This document shows, piece after piece, positions 9,179-17,314 of a DNA stretch of 64,000 bases. The notes under the pieces are model-generated. The model ran no database searches and was not told the DNA's origin. It was given only the letters and a program-made list of their open reading frames with translations. This stretch comes from Nitrososphaerota archaeon (GTDB taxonomy: Archaea; Thermoproteota; Nitrososphaeria; Nitrososphaerales; Gagatemarchaeaceae): NCBI GenBank assembly GCA_027320175.1, contig DAHVLU010000024.1, positions 16,349 through 80,348 on the forward strand. Reading direction: 5' to 3'. A program made the position numbers and the translations under genes. Each line of letters opens with the position of its first letter. Position 1 is the first letter of the stretch.

Positions 9179-10279
9179 CTAGGCTACCTCCCCTAGTCCC
9201 CTCGTTAAAATCGAAACTGCGGCGAAGGTTGGCAGCTCGACGGTCTCGGATCTGAAGGGACCGAAGTCTGCGTGCCTTAGCCTGAACCTGGGATAGAACG
9301 AGACCTGGACCTTCACGGGCTTGGAGCTGAGCACGACGGGCGCCTCCTGAGGGTCGAACTGCGCCATGGCCTTCACCCGTGCCTTCGCCATCCCCGTGTC
9401 TCCGTGAAGGGTGCCCGCGAGCCTGAACACCCTGTGGATGTCCGTGGTGACAGACGCGTCCACCATCGCGCGCTGAGAGGCGACGGCTTCCGATACCAGC
9501 TTCTGCAACGTGCCCCCGTAATTCTGGTTGTGCTCGGCGACATAGCCGGTGACCCTCCTCGTCCACCCGGCGCCCTGCGGGCCAGCAGGCATCTTTCTGC
9601 GCAGCGTGGCAGCCATGGTCTGGGAAGGCGGGAGGGTCGAGCCGCGCATGTAGTCTGATATCTCCGCCCGCGCCTGCTGATCAAGGCGGTCAAATCGCGC
9701 GTCGAAGATGTGGAGGTGGTACCCCCTGTTCCCTGAGAAGTAGACCCTGATAGCTTCAGGCGCCACCCCGAAGTCGTCGGTGAGGAAGCCGACCACGCGG
9801 ACGGCGTGGTCCTTCGCGGCGTCCAGGCACTCCTCGCAGACCCCGTGGTATTCGACGGCAGACCCGCCGCATTTCGGGCACTTCGCCGGCCTGGGGAGCT
9901 TCCCCGACGCGTGGCACTTCTCGCAGTACCACAGGTCGTGCCCCTTCTTGCAGGGCGTGGAGATGTCAGTGGCGTCGATGTCGAAGATGAGCTCGGCACC
10001 GAGCCAGCCCTTCTCGTCTATCGGTCTGGCGGGGAATTCGTACCTGGCATTGGAGCAGTAGACAGATGAGGGCGACTGCCTGAGTATCTCGGCGAGCGCT
10101 TCGCCCTTGCTCCTGAACGACAGGTGCCTTACCATCCCCCCGCCGAAGGGGAAGTAGCCGAACTCCCTGGAACCCACGTCCTCCGGGAGCTCGATGGAGC
10201 CCTCGGCGCGGAAGTAGTATTCGCGATACGCCCCTTTCAGGAAGGCCGCCGTGCGCTCGTTCATCCAGTCATCTCGCAA
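9179..10279 (-). CDS. priS: DNA primase small (catalytic) subunit
   Basis: REFGYF, ELIFDIDA, FSGNRGYHLH, DASVTTDIHRVFRLAGTLH; Zn-knuckle insertion. Confidence 0.97.
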   Translation of the reverse strand: MRDDWMNERTAAFLKGAYREYYFRAEGSIELPEDVGSREFGYFPFGGGMVRHLSFRSKGEALAEILRQSPSSVYCSNARYEFPARPIDEKGWLGAELIFDIDATDISTPCKKGHDLWYCEKCHASGKLPRPAKCPKCGGSAVEYHGVCEECLDAAKDHAVRVVGFLTDDFGVAPEAIRVYFSGNRGYHLHIFDARFDRLDQQARAEISDYMRGSTLPPSQTMAATLRRKMPAGPQGAGWTRRVTGYVAEHNQNYGGTLQKLVSEAVASQRAMVDASVTTDIHRVFRLAGTLHGDTGMAKARVKAMAQFDPQEAPVVLSSKPVKVQVSFYPRFRLRHADFGPFRSETVELPTFAAVSILTRGLGEVA

Positions 10280-10396
10280 CGCCGGGAGATAAGAACGCTC
10301 GGTCCTCCAATCCGCTGTTTTGTTTCACTCCGACTTGGCGGAGGCGCATCGCCCTGGTTCTTGGGCGTTAAGTGAGGTCGGCGACGAGGAGTGTAG

Positions 10397-10960
10397 ATGC
10401 GGGTCCCGCTTGACAGTTATCTGAAGTCGCCAGGAGCGAAAGTGTTCTCGTTGGTGGTACGGGTGCCCTTCGCCCCGCTGGACATTGACCTCGGCCACCT
10501 GGCAAGAGGAAAATGGAACTCCGCGGTGGACAGGTTCCGGGTGTGGTACCTGCCTGGCGGCGGCGGGCCCGTGTGCTATGTGATGGTCAGGAAGTTCGAG
10601 CCTGTGGAAGGGGTGCTGCTCTTCGGCCACATGGTCGTGAACCTCGCAGAAGAACAGGAGGTGAAGAGGGAGTGGAGCTTCACGGTCGGGATCCTGAGCA
10701 ACGACGAAGTCAGGGCCAGAGCGATGCTAAACTCGATGCTTGACATTCCTCCGTCCTTCCACAAACGCAACGAGCTGAAGGTCGTAGAGAAGCGTTGGAG
10801 GAGCGATCCGGCGGCGGGCATGAGATTCCTGGCGAATGTGCACTCCGCCATGAACTCGGCCCCGGCTGCCAGTGGCAGGGCCTACAAGCTGGAGTTCGAC
10901 CCGCCGCCTGAACTGATGGCGGAGCTGAAGCGAGGCTTGGGCGCCTGGTGGAAAGAATAG
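10397..10960 (+). CDS. Hypothetical protein
   Basis: 187-aa ORF, host-like codon usage, GAGGAG upstream; no family recognised. Confidence 0.6.
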   Translation: MRVPLDSYLKSPGAKVFSLVVRVPFAPLDIDLGHLARGKWNSAVDRFRVWYLPGGGGPVCYVMVRKFEPVEGVLLFGHMVVNLAEEQEVKREWSFTVGILSNDEVRARAMLNSMLDIPPSFHKRNELKVVEKRWRSDPAAGMRFLANVHSAMNSAPAASGRAYKLEFDPPPELMAELKRGLGAWWKE

Positions 10961-11098
10961 GGTCAGACAAGCCGAAGCGCCCTGGCGACGTGCTTGGCGG
11001 AGGCCTCTGCTGGCAGGACCGAAGAGTCGATCCTCAGCGCTCCTTGCGGAGCCTGGAAGCCGCGGGGCTCCCGCGATTGTAAGCCTGTGAGGGGCTGG

Positions 11099-11566
11099 CT
11101 ACCTCTCGTAGGTGCCTACTATGCGCGCCTGCTCGAGGATATGGTCCGAGATGGCGCTCAGGAGGCCTGCCCGGTCGAGCCCCGGCTTGAGCCCTAGGTC
11201 GGCCCCGAGGGCGTAGACCCAGAAGTAGTAGTGATGGACCCCGTGGCCGTTCGGGGGATAGGGCCCCATGTAGCCCTCCTTGCCCGTGTCGTTGACGCCA
11301 GGGGTGAAGGCGGTCGGTTTCTGCCCTTCGGCCAGCTTCGTCACTTCCGCAGGGATGCCGTAGACGACCCAGTGGGTGAAGCCGTGCGGCAGCGGAGCAT
11401 CAGGGTCGTGGCAGATCAGCGCGAACCCCTTGGTCCCCTTCGGGGCACCGCTCCACTCGAGCGGCGGGGATTGGTTGCCGACGTCGCCGCCGAACTTCTT
11501 GTCCATCCTCCCCGAGGGCCCGAACGCGGGGCTGGTCATCCTGAGGCTGCCTAGCTTCAGAGGCAT
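11099..11566 (-). CDS. YbhB/YbcL (PEBP/Raf kinase inhibitor-like) protein
   Basis: MTSPAF, NQSPPLEWS, LICHDPDAP, FTHWVVYGIP, YMGPYPP.GHGVHHYYF; start set at ATG 11566. Confidence 0.9.
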   Translation of the reverse strand: MPLKLGSLRMTSPAFGPSGRMDKKFGGDVGNQSPPLEWSGAPKGTKGFALICHDPDAPLPHGFTHWVVYGIPAEVTKLAEGQKPTAFTPGVNDTGKEGYMGPYPPNGHGVHHYYFWVYALGADLGLKPGLDRAGLLSAISDHILEQARIVGTYER

Positions 11567-11900
11567 GGACTCTGCTGGGCCGGCGGCCTTGGATAAGGGT
11601 TCCTTGGTCAGAGGGGGTGAATCCTCCATATGTTGGTCAGGCGGTCCAATTGCTGGCGGACCATGCGAAGGGCCCGGGACCAATGCTGTTGTTCCGGCCG
11701 GCTTCGACGCGTCAGAGATGGGCAGCCCGATGTCGGGAGCGTTTGCCTATGGAACTGCCGCAGTCGTGGAGCGTGACACCCCGAAAGCGGACCCGGTCTC
11801 GCTTCAATAGTGAAGGCAGGGAGACAATTTCGACCGAGTGTCCCAAAACGGTTTCCAAACTGCTCAACGCTTAATATCCGACCCCGCCGAGCCCGTCCCG

Positions 11901-12677
11901 TTGTTTCTGGCCAAGACTGCGACCGCCAACGAGTGGAAGGCGATTGCCGCTGCGGTCAAGACGCTCGTAGAGGAGGCGACGTTCGAAGCCAACAGTGAGG
12001 GCCTGTCCTTCAGGGCCATGGACCCTTCTCATGTGGCTTTGGTCGACCTGACCCTGCCAAATTCAAGCTGGCAAGCATATCAGTGCGACAAGCCATTCAA
12101 GTTCAGCGTGCGTGTAGAGGACCTTGTCAAGACCATGAATCGTTCAGACCCGAAGGATTCGGTAACCATTGCGGACAGTGATCCTGATTCGAAAGAGGAT
12201 GCATCGGACGAGGGAATCTGGGTCGTCTTCGAGAACGGCTATAAACGCAAGTTCAACATCCATCTCATTGAGAGCACGGCCGGGGCCGCCCCAATTCCCA
12301 AACTCGACTTGCAGGCAAAAGCCACTCTTACGATGAAGATTTTCGAGAAAGTGCTTTCTGACGTAAATGTGGTCTCAGACCAGGTGACGATTCAGGCAAC
12401 GGCGGACAAGCTATCGTTCTCCGGCAAATCGGATGTTGGCAAGGCCAGCATTACCCTCGCAAAGAACGACGCCGACGTGTTGGAACTGCACTCGGAAGTG
12501 GAGAACAAGGCTACATATTCGATCGACTATCTGAATTCTATTCTTCGCGCCCTTTCGGGGGTAGCAGACACGGTTCAGATTCAGTTCAGCACGAAGAAAC
12601 CAATTCGAACTGAAATGTCCCTCAATTCGCAGGGAGCGGTGCTGGCACATTTTCTCGCTCCTAGGGTTTCTGATTAG
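11901..12677 (+). CDS. pcn: DNA polymerase sliding clamp PCNA
   Basis: LVEEATF..GLSFRAMDPSHVALVDL, YSIDYL, FLAPR C-terminus; TTG 11901 below TATA-like CTTAATA. Confidence 0.96.
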   Translation: MFLAKTATANEWKAIAAAVKTLVEEATFEANSEGLSFRAMDPSHVALVDLTLPNSSWQAYQCDKPFKFSVRVEDLVKTMNRSDPKDSVTIADSDPDSKEDASDEGIWVVFENGYKRKFNIHLIESTAGAAPIPKLDLQAKATLTMKIFEKVLSDVNVVSDQVTIQATADKLSFSGKSDVGKASITLAKNDADVLELHSEVENKATYSIDYLNSILRALSGVADTVQIQFSTKKPIRTEMSLNSQGAVLAHFLAPRVSD

Positions 12678-12679
12678 TC

Positions 12680-13228
12680 TCAGAGACTAGCTTCGGGCCT
12701 CTTGTGAATGCACACACCTCCCCTTCCACCCCCTTTTGAGAAGTTGCAGTTCATGCACAACACGGCATACCCTGCCGGAAAGCCGTTTCGTATCAGCCAA
12801 GAGTTAAGGCGGAAGCTCCCCCTCGGCAACCCTAGTGCTTTGACCTGCTTGTTATCGACGCCGTCGACATGATCGATGGTCAGAAAATCCACTTCAGATT
12901 CCCCGCAACAAGCGCATCTGTAGGCGCCGGTAGAATAGTGGCCAAGTACCATCTTCCTGGCTTCGGCCCTTTGCCTTCGGGCGCTTTCCCGTGCCATTCT
13001 TCTCACTTGTTCGGGCCTTTCTGACATTCTCCTCAGATACGCACGGCGTTGCCACTCGGCGTTCTTCTTTCTGAAACAAGAAAGGCAGTATTTCTGAGGC
13101 CAGCTGAGCACCTCATACGGCTGGCCGCACAATATGCACAGTCTGGCGACACCATGTGGTCGTGGTGGAGGAGCGTGGCTACTCGTGTGCGTCCCCTCCT
13201 GAAGGAACCTCTCCTCCCGAAGTAGCAT
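12680..13228 (-). CDS. Zn-finger + HNH endonuclease (copy 2)
   Basis: CILCG...YCLSC; CACCGESEVDFLTIDHVDG...GYAVLCMNCNFSK...CIH; start uncertain (ATG 13228 or 13264). Confidence 0.82.
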   Translation of the reverse strand: MLLREERFLQEGTHTSSHAPPPRPHGVARLCILCGQPYEVLSWPQKYCLSCFRKKNAEWQRRAYLRRMSERPEQVRRMARESARRQRAEARKMVLGHYSTGAYRCACCGESEVDFLTIDHVDGVDNKQVKALGLPRGSFRLNSWLIRNGFPAGYAVLCMNCNFSKGGGRGGVCIHKRPEASL

Positions 13229-13697
13229 GGCCTCGCGCCCGAGTCTTGTGCACGCATTCCCCATGCTTGGCTTTGCTCATGTTGCAGTTCTGGCACAGCA
13301 CCTGGTACCCGGCCGGGAGTCCCTTCTTGACGAGTAGATAGTAGAAACTGCTCCCCAGCCGCCTGACTATCTTGCGTTCCGCGGATCCGTCGTTGTTGAT
13401 GTGGTCCAAAGCAAGGAACTCCGGCTGCATTTCGCCGCAGCAGGCGCATGCCATGGTCCCGTACGAGTAGTGCGAAAACACCTGCTGCCAAATCTTCGCC
13501 CGGAACCGTACGGAAGTCGCTCTTCCCTTTGCCCTGTAGTGCTCTATGTTCCTGCGACGAGACCTTGTCGCACTTTCCAATATGACTGTCGGCAGACACC
13601 TCTGACAGTACTTGGCGTGGCCACTTCTAGACCTGAACTGCTGTCCACAGACCGCGCACTTGAACGGGTTCTTCGGAGGCGCGTATCCACCCATCAA
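13179..13697 (-). CDS. Zn-finger + HNH endonuclease (copy 1)
   Basis: CAVCG...YCQRC; CACCGEMQPEFLALDHINNDG...GYQVLCQNCNMSK...CVH. Confidence 0.85.
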   Translation of the reverse strand: MMGGYAPPKNPFKCAVCGQQFRSRSGHAKYCQRCLPTVILESATRSRRRNIEHYRAKGRATSVRFRAKIWQQVFSHYSYGTMACACCGEMQPEFLALDHINNDGSAERKIVRRLGSSFYYLLVKKGLPAGYQVLCQNCNMSKAKHGECVHKTRARGHATSGGEVPSGGDAHE

Positions 13698-13718
13698 CAG
13701 TCGACCTTGCCGGTCCCC

Positions 13719-14147
13719 TTAACGTCCAATCCCCCCCACGAACATCCCCAGCTCTTCCATTGTATAACACACCACGTCCGCGTGCTCCATCACAGGCCCC
13801 ACGTACTCCTTCACCTTCGCCGCGGCGGCCTGGGCCACCTCTGCCAGCGCCACGCACCTGACCGATGGGTTCACCTCCTTGACCCTTCTGAACTTCCAGT
13901 CCACGTAGGCCGCATTCTTCTCCATCCAGGTGAGCGCAATCCCCCTCCTGCTGGTGCTCTGCCAGCACTCTATGACCATCTGAGAGTTTGGGAGATAGAA
14001 GTCGACCACATACGACCTGCCGCCCACTGGGAAGACGGCGTGGGTCATTCTCGTAATGCCGTACTGGAGGAGGACCCCCTCCACCCGCTCCTCCTGCTCA
14101 GTCAGAGGGACGAGAGCATGCATCCTGTTCATCCATCGAGTTGACAT
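13719..14147 (-). CDS. PD-(D/E)XK/Vsr-DUF559-like putative nuclease
   Basis: TEQEERV...LLQYGI...YVVDFYLP...VIEC pattern typical of the Vsr/DUF559 restriction-like fold. Confidence 0.6.
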   Translation of the reverse strand: MSTRWMNRMHALVPLTEQEERVEGVLLQYGITRMTHAVFPVGGRSYVVDFYLPNSQMVIECWQSTSRRGIALTWMEKNAAYVDWKFRRVKEVNPSVRCVALAEVAQAAAAKVKEYVGPVMEHADVVCYTMEELGMFVGGIGR

Positions 14148-14232
14148 GGTTGGCCACAGATAGTATGGAAATGAGCTATATAACTACCACAAAGGTTTTA
14201 TCATGCGCATCTGACGAAATGGAGCTTGAATC
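14148..14232. promoter_or_regulatory. Divergent promoter region of the island
   Basis: AT-rich; CTATATAAC (~14177-14185) about 30 nt from ATG 14147 on the minus strand, and TTTTATCA (~14197-14204) about 30 nt before TTG 14233. Confidence 0.55.
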
Positions 14233-16707
14233 TTGCCATTTAGTCGCCAGATGGCCTTGGGCGCTCGTTTCGTGGCCTTCGGAGGTGAGGATGAGTTCCC
14301 ACACGCAGAAGTAGAACGTGTAGTCTTTGACGCCCTCCGTCGGGATAGGCAGAGTACGGTGGCAATCATGGCAGATGGGATCAACCTTGATCGCCTTCAT
14401 CTCCCCGACTCGGCCCGTCTCGACCCGAAGCGCGACTACCGCTGGTCCGGATATCTCGTCCAGAGGAAAGTCCAGAAGCGCGCTAAGCGAGTTATCTTTG
14501 GAACCTATGCCGGGTGGTTCCAATGGTATATGCGATATCAAAGATTCAGGGCGTTCCATGCGGTCGTACTTATCGAACCTCGGTCGGCAGTCTCGGACGG
14601 TGAGGTGGGGGGTTATGTCGACGGCCTCCTGGCGAGGCTGCAACCCAAAATCCGAACATTAGTCATAGTATCAAAAGATGCAGGCGAAGTCCACCCTTCG
14701 ACAGATGAACGGCGCACCAAGGAGGTCGTCAGGGCTCTTCTGTACGGTACAAGGTTGACGCGGCCAGAGGTCTTGCGGCGCCTCGGTTTGACTTTCGTTC
14801 CCATTTCAGACGCTACGGTTGCGAAAGTGTTCCCAAAGCACGCCTGGCGTATCTCGAAAAGGCACCCTCGCTACCAGTTAGACGAGTATGAGGATGAACT
14901 GGTACAGGGGATGGTGCCATGGTTCCCTCCGGGTTATGTTGATGGGAAACCGGACCAGATAGAGCAGCACTTCCGGAGAGAACGGCGGTTCAAACGCGAG
15001 CTTGAGTTCCCGGACGACATGCTTGCGTCAAGAGCCCTCGAAGACGCAGGGAGGTCCCTGTGGGTGACAGCTCCCTATGAGAGCGAGAAGTTACGGGAGT
15101 GGCTCGAGCTACTCAACAAGAAGGAAGACATCAGACTGGAAAAGGTTCTGAGACTAAAGGAAGAGGTGCCCGCCGACCAGTGGCAGCGGCTACTGTCGCC
15201 GTCAAGTTACCAGGTGAGACGAGTTCTTGACAGGTTGGCATCCGAAGGAAAGTTGGAGAAGAGAAAATGGTACCGCGAGCAGGGGCGGCCGGCCATGGCA
15301 TATGTGGAGCGAGGTAAGGCACCGTTCTCGGAAAATCGGTGCGGCCGGTGCGCCTTTTATGCCCCGGCCAAAAGGAGATGCAACCTCTGGTGGCTGGCGA
15401 ATAAGACCGAAGTGTTCTACGGTCCTAAATGGAAGCAACCCGGTTCCCACGCCACGAGATTCGAACTCCATAAGATGCGATATTCTTCGAGGATAGGCCC
15501 GCGTTCCTCTGCTTGCTTCCGGTTCTTGGACAAGAAGCGGGATCACCTTAGGAAGGCGATTCCAGACCGTTGCGAGATTTGTGGCCAAGCACTCTCCGGA
15601 GTCGGCAGAGTTGCAGTTACCTGCCTTCACTGTAAGACAGAATATGTGAAAACCGAGAAGTACGATTCACCAAGGGTGCGGGTCAGGGTCGCCTATGAAC
15701 ACGAGTTCAACCGCGTCTACACCGAAGTAACAGGTGGCGTCGCAAGAACAGACATGCAAGCGTGGAAGAAGAAGGTGAAGGAAGAAATCAACTCACCACG
15801 GCAGGGTTCAACCGAAGACCGAGAGGACTCGCAGGCAGAAGAACATGAAGAGGCCGAGGCAGAACCACCAAGGGTTTGGCAGGAGTACGACGCTGTGCTC
15901 CAGGCAGGCGTAGACAGACTCGCATTGGAGACCGACATAACCAAGTTTCTTTCCATCGCAATGGCGGAAAGCGCCCTTAACGCGACCCGCAGGATTGCCC
16001 AATTCGCGAAGTTGAACGTGAACGACGTGGCCTTGCCAGTAGCTAGGATTGAGCGATACCTCGGCTTGATTAGGGGGGCACCTGCAGACAAATTCCTCCA
16101 GTATGAAGCGCAGGTAATGAAACAGTATTGGCAAGTGTATGGGCTCGCCGTGGCGGGGACGGAGCTCTGGGTCGGGCCGAGGAAAAGGTCAAGGTTCGTG
16201 CGAGAGCTTGTGAATACTGATGCTGGGAGAGCGACAGGATACTCGCCAATGGACTCGGCGATAAATTGCCTTCACCAGAGGAGGCTGAGGCAAGCCGAGC
16301 GAGTCAACCGAGAAGTGGGATACGCCGGGAGGTGCGATGGCTTTCTACACCGAAGACACCACAACTCGAGGAGGAACGGTTTGGTTTTCGATTTGATAGA
16401 TCCTTTCAAGTTCGCGGACAGAGAAGAGTTACTTCTGGTAGCTCTAGACCGGGGATTAACGTGGGAAAACTTCGGGATTGAGACTGACAGGAGGGGTTCG
16501 ACGTTCTATTACCCGATGAGTTCTAGTCTTCGAAAATTGAACGAGATTGGAGAATCCGCGGACAATCTTGTCGTCGAGTATGAGGGGAGAGCCATGCGGC
16601 TGATAGCGGCGTATAGGTTGCATGCCGAAAGGATGTTGGAATGGCTTGGAGCTCAGCGTGTTTCTGAGCCCTCGGATGTGTTCATTTTGAGGTTTCCAGC
16701 GGGATAA
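14233..16707 (+). CDS. Large multidomain protein with C-terminal Cas1 catalytic domain (solo Cas1 fusion)
   Basis: FLQYEAQVMKQYW (E625), SPMDSAINCL, DGFLH (H706), GLVFDLIDPFK (D720/D723) follow Cas1 motif order; internal wHTH and CxxC motifs. Confidence 0.8.
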   Translation: MPFSRQMALGARFVAFGGEDEFPHAEVERVVFDALRRDRQSTVAIMADGINLDRLHLPDSARLDPKRDYRWSGYLVQRKVQKRAKRVIFGTYAGWFQWYMRYQRFRAFHAVVLIEPRSAVSDGEVGGYVDGLLARLQPKIRTLVIVSKDAGEVHPSTDERRTKEVVRALLYGTRLTRPEVLRRLGLTFVPISDATVAKVFPKHAWRISKRHPRYQLDEYEDELVQGMVPWFPPGYVDGKPDQIEQHFRRERRFKRELEFPDDMLASRALEDAGRSLWVTAPYESEKLREWLELLNKKEDIRLEKVLRLKEEVPADQWQRLLSPSSYQVRRVLDRLASEGKLEKRKWYREQGRPAMAYVERGKAPFSENRCGRCAFYAPAKRRCNLWWLANKTEVFYGPKWKQPGSHATRFELHKMRYSSRIGPRSSACFRFLDKKRDHLRKAIPDRCEICGQALSGVGRVAVTCLHCKTEYVKTEKYDSPRVRVRVAYEHEFNRVYTEVTGGVARTDMQAWKKKVKEEINSPRQGSTEDREDSQAEEHEEAEAEPPRVWQEYDAVLQAGVDRLALETDITKFLSIAMAESALNATRRIAQFAKLNVNDVALPVARIERYLGLIRGAPADKFLQYEAQVMKQYWQVYGLAVAGTELWVGPRKRSRFVRELVNTDAGRATGYSPMDSAINCLHQRRLRQAERVNREVGYAGRCDGFLHRRHHNSRRNGLVFDLIDPFKFADREELLLVALDRGLTWENFGIETDRRGSTFYYPMSSSLRKLNEIGESADNLVVEYEGRAMRLIAAYRLHAERMLEWLGAQRVSEPSDVFILRFPAG

Positions 16708-16808
16708 AGGGTTCATTGCGCCTCTGCCGGAGGTGCCCCCTCGTCTCATGCATCCCTCCAAGCTTAAATGCATGAGCGAAACCGGGGCAAATCCGCTTCG
16801 GTGAGAGG

Positions 16809-17087
16809 TTGAAATTCCCAAAGGAGATACGCAGGAACTGCCCGTGGTGTCATAAGCACACGGTCCACTCCGTCGCTCTCTACAAGAGAGGGAAGGAGCG
16901 AGCAGGTTCGTGGGGAGCCAGGAGGCAGGCGGGGAGGAAGCGCGGCTACGGGGGCCAGAAGTTCCCTGAGCTCATCAGGACCGCCAAGACCACCAAGAAG
17001 GCGACCCTGCGGCTGAAATGCAAGGATTGCAACCGTGAAATGATGACCTACGGCATAAGGTTGAGGAAGGCGGAGATCGCGGCATGA
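16809..17087 (+). CDS. rpl44e: 50S ribosomal protein L44e (eL42)
   Basis: MKFPKEIRRNCPWCHKHTVH...GYGGQKFP...AKTTKK..LKC. Confidence 0.97.
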   Translation: MKFPKEIRRNCPWCHKHTVHSVALYKRGKERAGSWGARRQAGRKRGYGGQKFPELIRTAKTTKKATLRLKCKDCNREMMTYGIRLRKAEIAA

Positions 17088-17281
17088 AGCGAGACAGGGA
17101 GCCGATCCCCAAGCCGAAGAGCACCTTCCTCCTGGTCAAGTGCCCCGACTGCAGCGAAGAGAGGATCCTGTTCTCCAACTCGTCGAAGGACATCGGATGC
17201 AGGGGCTGCGGAAGGAAACTTGCCGAGAGCAAGGGCGGCAAATCTGTCGTCCTGGCCACGGTCGTGAAGCGGCTAGGTTAA
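17084..17281 (+). CDS. rps27e: 30S ribosomal protein S27e
   Basis: PKPKSTFLLVKCPDC...CRGCG..LAESKGGK. Confidence 0.96.
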   Translation: MKRDREPIPKPKSTFLLVKCPDCSEERILFSNSSKDIGCRGCGRKLAESKGGKSVVLATVVKRLG

Positions 17282-17314
17282 ACGCCAAATACCACGTATT
17301 TTCGCTGAACCGAT

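Larger units (their letters stand above)
12678..16780. mobile_element. Accessory island: 2 HNH nucleases, a PD-(D/E)XK nuclease and a solo Cas1-fusion protein
   Basis: Non-core nuclease genes, visibly more A/T-rich, between PCNA and rpl44e; ends approximate, no clear TIR or TSD. Confidence 0.6.

Noticed and set aside
12640..16720. Terminal inverted repeats, or a duplicated PCNA 3' end (GCTCCTAGGGTTTCTGA vs GCTCAGCGTGTTTCTGA near 16651)
   Set aside because: The match is short, interrupted and inside the Cas1 ORF. No convincing TIR was found by eye; a computational search is needed.
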